From contig OZ024742.1 of the NCBI GenBank assembly GCA_964016885.1, positions 29,698,001 to 29,762,000 of the forward strand: a stretch of DNA of 64,000 nt. The letters are read 5' to 3'. Source of the DNA: Eledone cirrhosa. Its lineage: Eukaryota. The position numbers and the translations under genes are program-made. Of this stretch, positions 58,720-64,000 are shown piece by piece (position 1 is the stretch's first letter; each line of letters opens with the position of its first letter). Under the pieces are notes generated by a model. It saw only the letters and a list, made by a program, of their open reading frames with translations, had not been told where the DNA came from and made no database searches.

Positions 58720-59670
58720 ATTGTTATCATTATTGTTATTATTACTATTATTGTTATTATTACTATTATTATTATTTTTATTATTACTATTACTATTATT
58801 ATTATTATTATTATTGTTGTTGTTGTTACAGTTTTGTTCTTCATCTTATTGTTTTTGTTCTTCTTCCTGTTGCTATTGTTAGTCTACTTTTGTTGCTGTT
58901 GTTGTTGTTACTGTTGTTGTTGTTGTTGTTGTTGTTAACGTTGGTCTAATTTTATTTTTGTTCTTGTTTTGTTTTATTTTTGTGTTGTTGTTGTTGTTGG
59001 TCTTGTTGTTAATTGTTGTTGTTACTGTTGGTGTTTTTTTTTCTTTTTATCGTTGTTGTTGTTGCTGCTGATGTTGTTGTTGTTGTTATTGTTACTGCTG
59101 TTGTTACTGTTGCTGTTGCTGTTGTTGTTATTGTTGCTGTTGTTGTTGTTGTTGTTGTTGCTGCTGATGTTGTTACTGTTGTTGTTATTGTTACTGATAT
59201 TCTTGTTACTGTTGCTGTTGTAGTTGTTTTTGTTTTTGTTATTGTTTCTGCTGTTGTTGTTACTGTTGCTGTTGCTGATGTAGTTGTTGGTGTTGTTGCT
59301 GTTATTGTTGTTGTTGTTGTTGCTGCTGCTGCTGTTGTTGTTGTTGTTGTTGTTGTTGTTGTCGTTACTCATGTTGTTGTTACTGTTGCTGCTGATGTTG
59401 TTGCTGTTGTTGTTGTTGTTGTTGTTATTGATGTTCATGTTGCTGTTGTTGTTTCTATTGTTTTTGCTGTAGTTGGTGCTGTTACTGCTCTTGCTGTTGT
59501 TGTTATTGTTGATGTTGTTGTTATTGTTGTTATTGTTGTTATTATTGTTATTGTTGTTGCTGATGTTCATTATTGCTGTTGTTGTTGTATCTATTATTTT
59601 TACTGTAGCTAGTTCTGTTACTGCTACTGTTGTTGTTATTGCTGTTAGTGTTACTGGGGCTGTTGTTGTT
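58720..59670. repeat. (ATT)n/(GTT)n/(GCT)n compound trinucleotide tract
   Basis: Seen directly. Confidence 0.95.
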
Positions 59671-59852
59671 ACCAAATGGTATACGCAAGGTTACACCTAT
59701 GCTGCTTCGTCGTGTGACCCACGAGCTTGATTAGATTTTATTGTTATGTGCTATCCGAAAATAACCCAGCTTCATATTTATATATATGTCCATATCTAAC
59801 TATCTATCGAACGATCGATTTATCTATATATATTTTTTCTATCTATCTATTG

Positions 59853-59901
<49 letters not shown>

Positions 59902-60001
59902 GGAGAGAGAGAGAGATGCATGAATACATATTCATTTATGTGTGTATGTATATATATATATATTATATATACATACATACATACATACATACATACATAC
60001 A

Positions 60002-60035
<34 letters not shown>

Positions 60036-60075
60036 CATACATATATATACACACATGTACACACAGTATACGTAC

Positions 60076-60112
<37 letters not shown>

Positions 60113-60168
60113 AAGTTAGATAGATGGATAGAGATAGAAATATATCTATGCATGGATTTATATTCATT

Positions 60169-60222
<54 letters not shown>

Positions 60223-60502
60223 CACACATACATACATATATATGTATGTGTATGTACACACAGTATACGTACATAGGTAGCTAGATGGAGAAGACAATAT
60301 AAACATAAAACATGGAATGTAAACGCAATGAACTGCAAAAGAAGTCAAGTCAAGACCTTTTAGACTCCTGCTGCTGAAGGACACGACTTTATATACAGGC
60401 ATTCAACTTGCACAACCATGCTCCATAGCCACGCAATATCGAGATAATCTACAGAAATTGTACACCTTCACTGGCTTTTCACTTCATTACGTTTACATTA
60501 TG

Positions 60503-60611
<109 letters not shown>

Positions 60612-60717
60612 TCTCACTCTCTCTCTCTCACACACACACACACTCTCTCTCTCTCTCACGCACGTATACATATTCAAACACACATTCAAATACACTCTTT
60701 CATTCTCTCTCTCTCCA

Positions 60718-60751
<34 letters not shown>

Positions 60752-61243
60752 CCTCTCTCTCTCTTACATACACACATAAACACACTCTCTCTCTCCCCCT
60801 CTCTTTCTCTCTCTCTCATTCTCACTATCTCTCTCCCACACATACATACATTCACACACACACACACTCTAATTCTCACTCTCTCTTATACACACACACT
60901 CTCTCTTTTTCTCTCACTCTTTCTCTCTCTCACACACACTTACTCTCACACACACACCGTCTCTCTCTTCTCTCTCTCTGTATATGTGTATGTCTATATT
61001 TACATGTGTCTATGTTCATATATGTGTGTATGTGTGTTTATATATGTGTATGTATGTGTGTTTATATATGTCGTGGGGGGTGGGGGTGAACATATGTATG
61101 TATATATGTATGTATATATTGTATATATGTATGTATATTAGCACTGTAGTTCAGTAGCATTGAGCCTTTTCCGTGATCTTTGTATAAAGATACTTAAATA
61201 GATAGAAAGCTAGAGATAGAGAGAGAGAGAGAGCGGGAGGGAG

Positions 61244-61286
<43 letters not shown>

Positions 61287-61313
61287 GATAGAGAGAGAGA
61301 GAGCGGGAGGGAG

Positions 61314-61442
<129 letters not shown>

Positions 61443-62126
61443 GTGGGGAGATGAGGTGTTTGGTCTAAACCGTTCAACAAATAGATCCTCTTTTTTAATT
61501 CGCCACAAGGAACTACAAAGATTAATGTTAGAATACATTTCGTTTTCACACAACGAACGAACAATTTTTCACAGCTCATATCTTTCTTCAGGCACAGAAC
61601 TTCAAATTTATTCAAGAACTTCTAATGTTAACACTGTAAACCAAAGGTTCTCAACGGGGGGCATATGCACCCCCGGGGGGAGGGGGCGTTTTGGAACTCC
61701 AGGGGGCGTTTGGGAGCAAGGGGGTGTTAGGAGGGCGTTTGGACCTTTGGGAGGCACTGAAAGGCTCTTTACTTTGGTAAGTTTTATAAGCCATATTTGT
61801 ATGTCTTTGAGACAGCCTGTGTGAATGCATTTGAATGAGCATGCAGACAGTATAACTATGGTCTGACCGCAGCTGTGAGCAGGTGTGCAGGCGTGTCTAG
61901 ACATTAACCGGTAATTGAGATCCTAACAATGGAAAAACCCAGTCAACTGGGTCAAGTACACTTCGAGTGTAACCAGTTAGAATCTTATCTTTCCTTCACC
62001 GATAACAATGTATTTCATGTCTGAAATTATTAACTCAACCGTAACGAGTTAACACTATGTAGATCTATTTTATTCCCTATTGTATAAATAATATTACAAA
62101 TAAAAAAGAAAAAAAACTCAGAAGCG

Positions 62127-62600
62127 GGTAGCACACACATCTAGGACCACATACAACACATAAGCAAGTAATACACGCATTTAGGATCACATACAACACA
62201 TGGGCAGGTAATACACACATCTAGGACCACATTCAACACATAAGGAGGTAGCACACACATTTAGGACCACATACAACACACACGCAGGTAATACATACAT
62301 TTAGGACCACATACAACACATAAGCAGGTAATACAAACATCTAGGACCACATACAACACATAATCAGGTAGTACGAACATCTAGGACCACATACAACACA
62401 TAATCAGGTAATACATGCATCTAGGACCACATACAACACATAAGGAGGTAATACACACATCTAGGACCACATACAACACATAAGCAGGTAATACATACAG
62501 CTGGGACCACATGCAATACATAAGAAGGTAATACATACATCTAGGACTACCTATAACACACAGGCAGGTAATACATACATCTAGGACCAAATACAACACA
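62127..62600. repeat. 40-bp minisatellite, about 12 copies, inside the hAT element
   Basis: CTAGGACCACATACAACACATAAGCAGGTAATACATACAT-type units. Confidence 0.95.
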
Positions 62601-62604
62601 CATT

Positions 62605-63667
62605 GTATCATGTGCTACGGACGACGCAAGAGCAATGGTCGGCCAACATAAGGGTTTCGTCACTCTTCTGAAGAAAGAAAATCTATCTGTATTTGTTGTT
62701 CATTGTGTCATTCATCGACAACACTTGGCTGCGAAGAAACTCAGCAAGCCTCTGAGCAAATCCTTGCAGGTGGCCCTTGATGTCATCAATTTTATCAAAC
62801 AGTATTCCCTCAATGAACGAATTTTCTGGCAACTGTGCCAAGATAATGACGAAGAACTCGTCAAGTTTCTCCTTCATAATGGAGTGAGGTGGCTTTCAAA
62901 GGGCAAGTGCCTTACTCACTTCTTTGAACTGTTCGACTCTATCATTGAGTTTCTACGAGGACGCAACACAGAACTGTACAAGAAAACCCTCCATGTGAGG
63001 CAAGACTGCGCCTACCTCACCAACATCGTCGACAAATGCAATAGCGTCATTTTGGCTTTGCAGGGGAAGAAGATCACCTTGCTTAAAGCAAGGAATGATG
63101 TGAAAACATTCCTGGCCAAATTGAATGTCATCGAAAGGAATCTTTGTTGACGGGAATTCTATAATTTTCCTAGTGTCGCCAATGTTCAAAACATTGTAAG
63201 CGATGACCAGCTCCAAATTTATACCGCTCACCTCTGTGCGCTACAAGACAACATGAGAGAACGGTTTGTCGACCTTTTGCCGATGGACATCACAATGTGG
63301 ATAGCAGATCCCTTCATAGCTAATGTCGATGATTTGGACGTTATATTTCAGGAAGAATTCATTGAACTTCAAGCAGATGACATGATCAAAATTAGATTTC
63401 CTAAAATAGGTGAACCCCTTTTTTTGGATGCAAGAGGAAATTCAATGTCGATTTCCACACCTACATGTAGAGGCTCAGAGATTTGCTCTGCCTTTTCCAA
63501 GCTCATACTTAGTCAAGAGGAGGTTTGGTGCTGTTTCCAGACTGCACAGTAAGGCTGGCAACTGCTACAATGTAATTACACGTGGAGATCTCCGGCTACA
63601 TCTTATGAAAATCCAGCCTGACGTCAAAGAGTTAGCTCGACTCCATAAAGTTCAAGAGTCCCATTGA
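62605..63667 (+). pseudogene. hAT (Buster/ZBED8-like) transposase, C-terminal part, disrupted
   Basis: AMVGQHKGF..HCVIHRQHLAAK..VRWLSKG..PFPSSYLV..RGDLRL; stops and a frameshift. Confidence 0.9.
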
Positions 63668-64000
63668 AATGAGGTCAAAGTTAAAGTAAGTTGATTTATC
63701 CGAAAACTTGGATATGCTATTGTTACAAAGCAAACTAACAATTTTTTTTATTTGAAGTTGCAGTCTGACTGGACTGGAAACCATCTACTACAATTCACTT
63801 ACTCATTTGTTGTATATATTTTACCATTTACTAATAAATATACCCTAACGCGTGGTCATGAAAACCCTCTTCCGTGGTCTCTAAGCTCACAAAGCAGAGG
63901 GGACATCAAGTTAGATATCAACATTTATTCTGTCCGTTTCATTAAAGGGAAAATTGGAAAGCTTTGAAATGATATAATTGCCACTTTCTTCCAGATAAGA

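Larger units (their letters stand above)
61642..64000 (+). mobile_element. Buster-type hAT DNA transposon (right TIR not seen in the window)
   Basis: Left end CAAAGGTTCTCAACGGGGG preceded by an nnnTAnnn 8-mer (CTGTAAAC); transposase remnants downstream. Confidence 0.8.

Overview
Eukaryotic, gene-poor, repeat-saturated DNA. The tRNA-derived SINE and very dense (TA)n/(CA)n microsatellites suggest an octopus/cephalopod genome (inference). I found no convincing host gene; nearly all long ORFs are microsatellite translations. The main content is Penelope-like retroelements (PLEs: RT plus C-terminal GIY-YIG) of at least four families, and short PLE 3'-end fragments sitting in (TA)n tracts. Many of these carry type I hammerhead ribozymes (HHR), intact or decayed. 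Other elements: a maT-type Tc1/mariner, a Buster-type hAT, a Tx1/L1-like LINE interrupted by an LTR-element fragment, an RTE tail, eight SINE copies, MITE-like hairpins and minisatellites. The most striking pattern is a shared PLE insertion grammar. (1) Two dissimilar PLE families show the same double snap-back layout A'-B-C-A1-B'-A. (2) Several short copies fold back at the ribozyme, mostly within stem II. (3) Six elements or families share an ACTC-N(11-20)-GAGT hairpin about 40-60 nt from the 3' end, and the inverted arm stops just upstream of it. All alignments and folds were done by eye.
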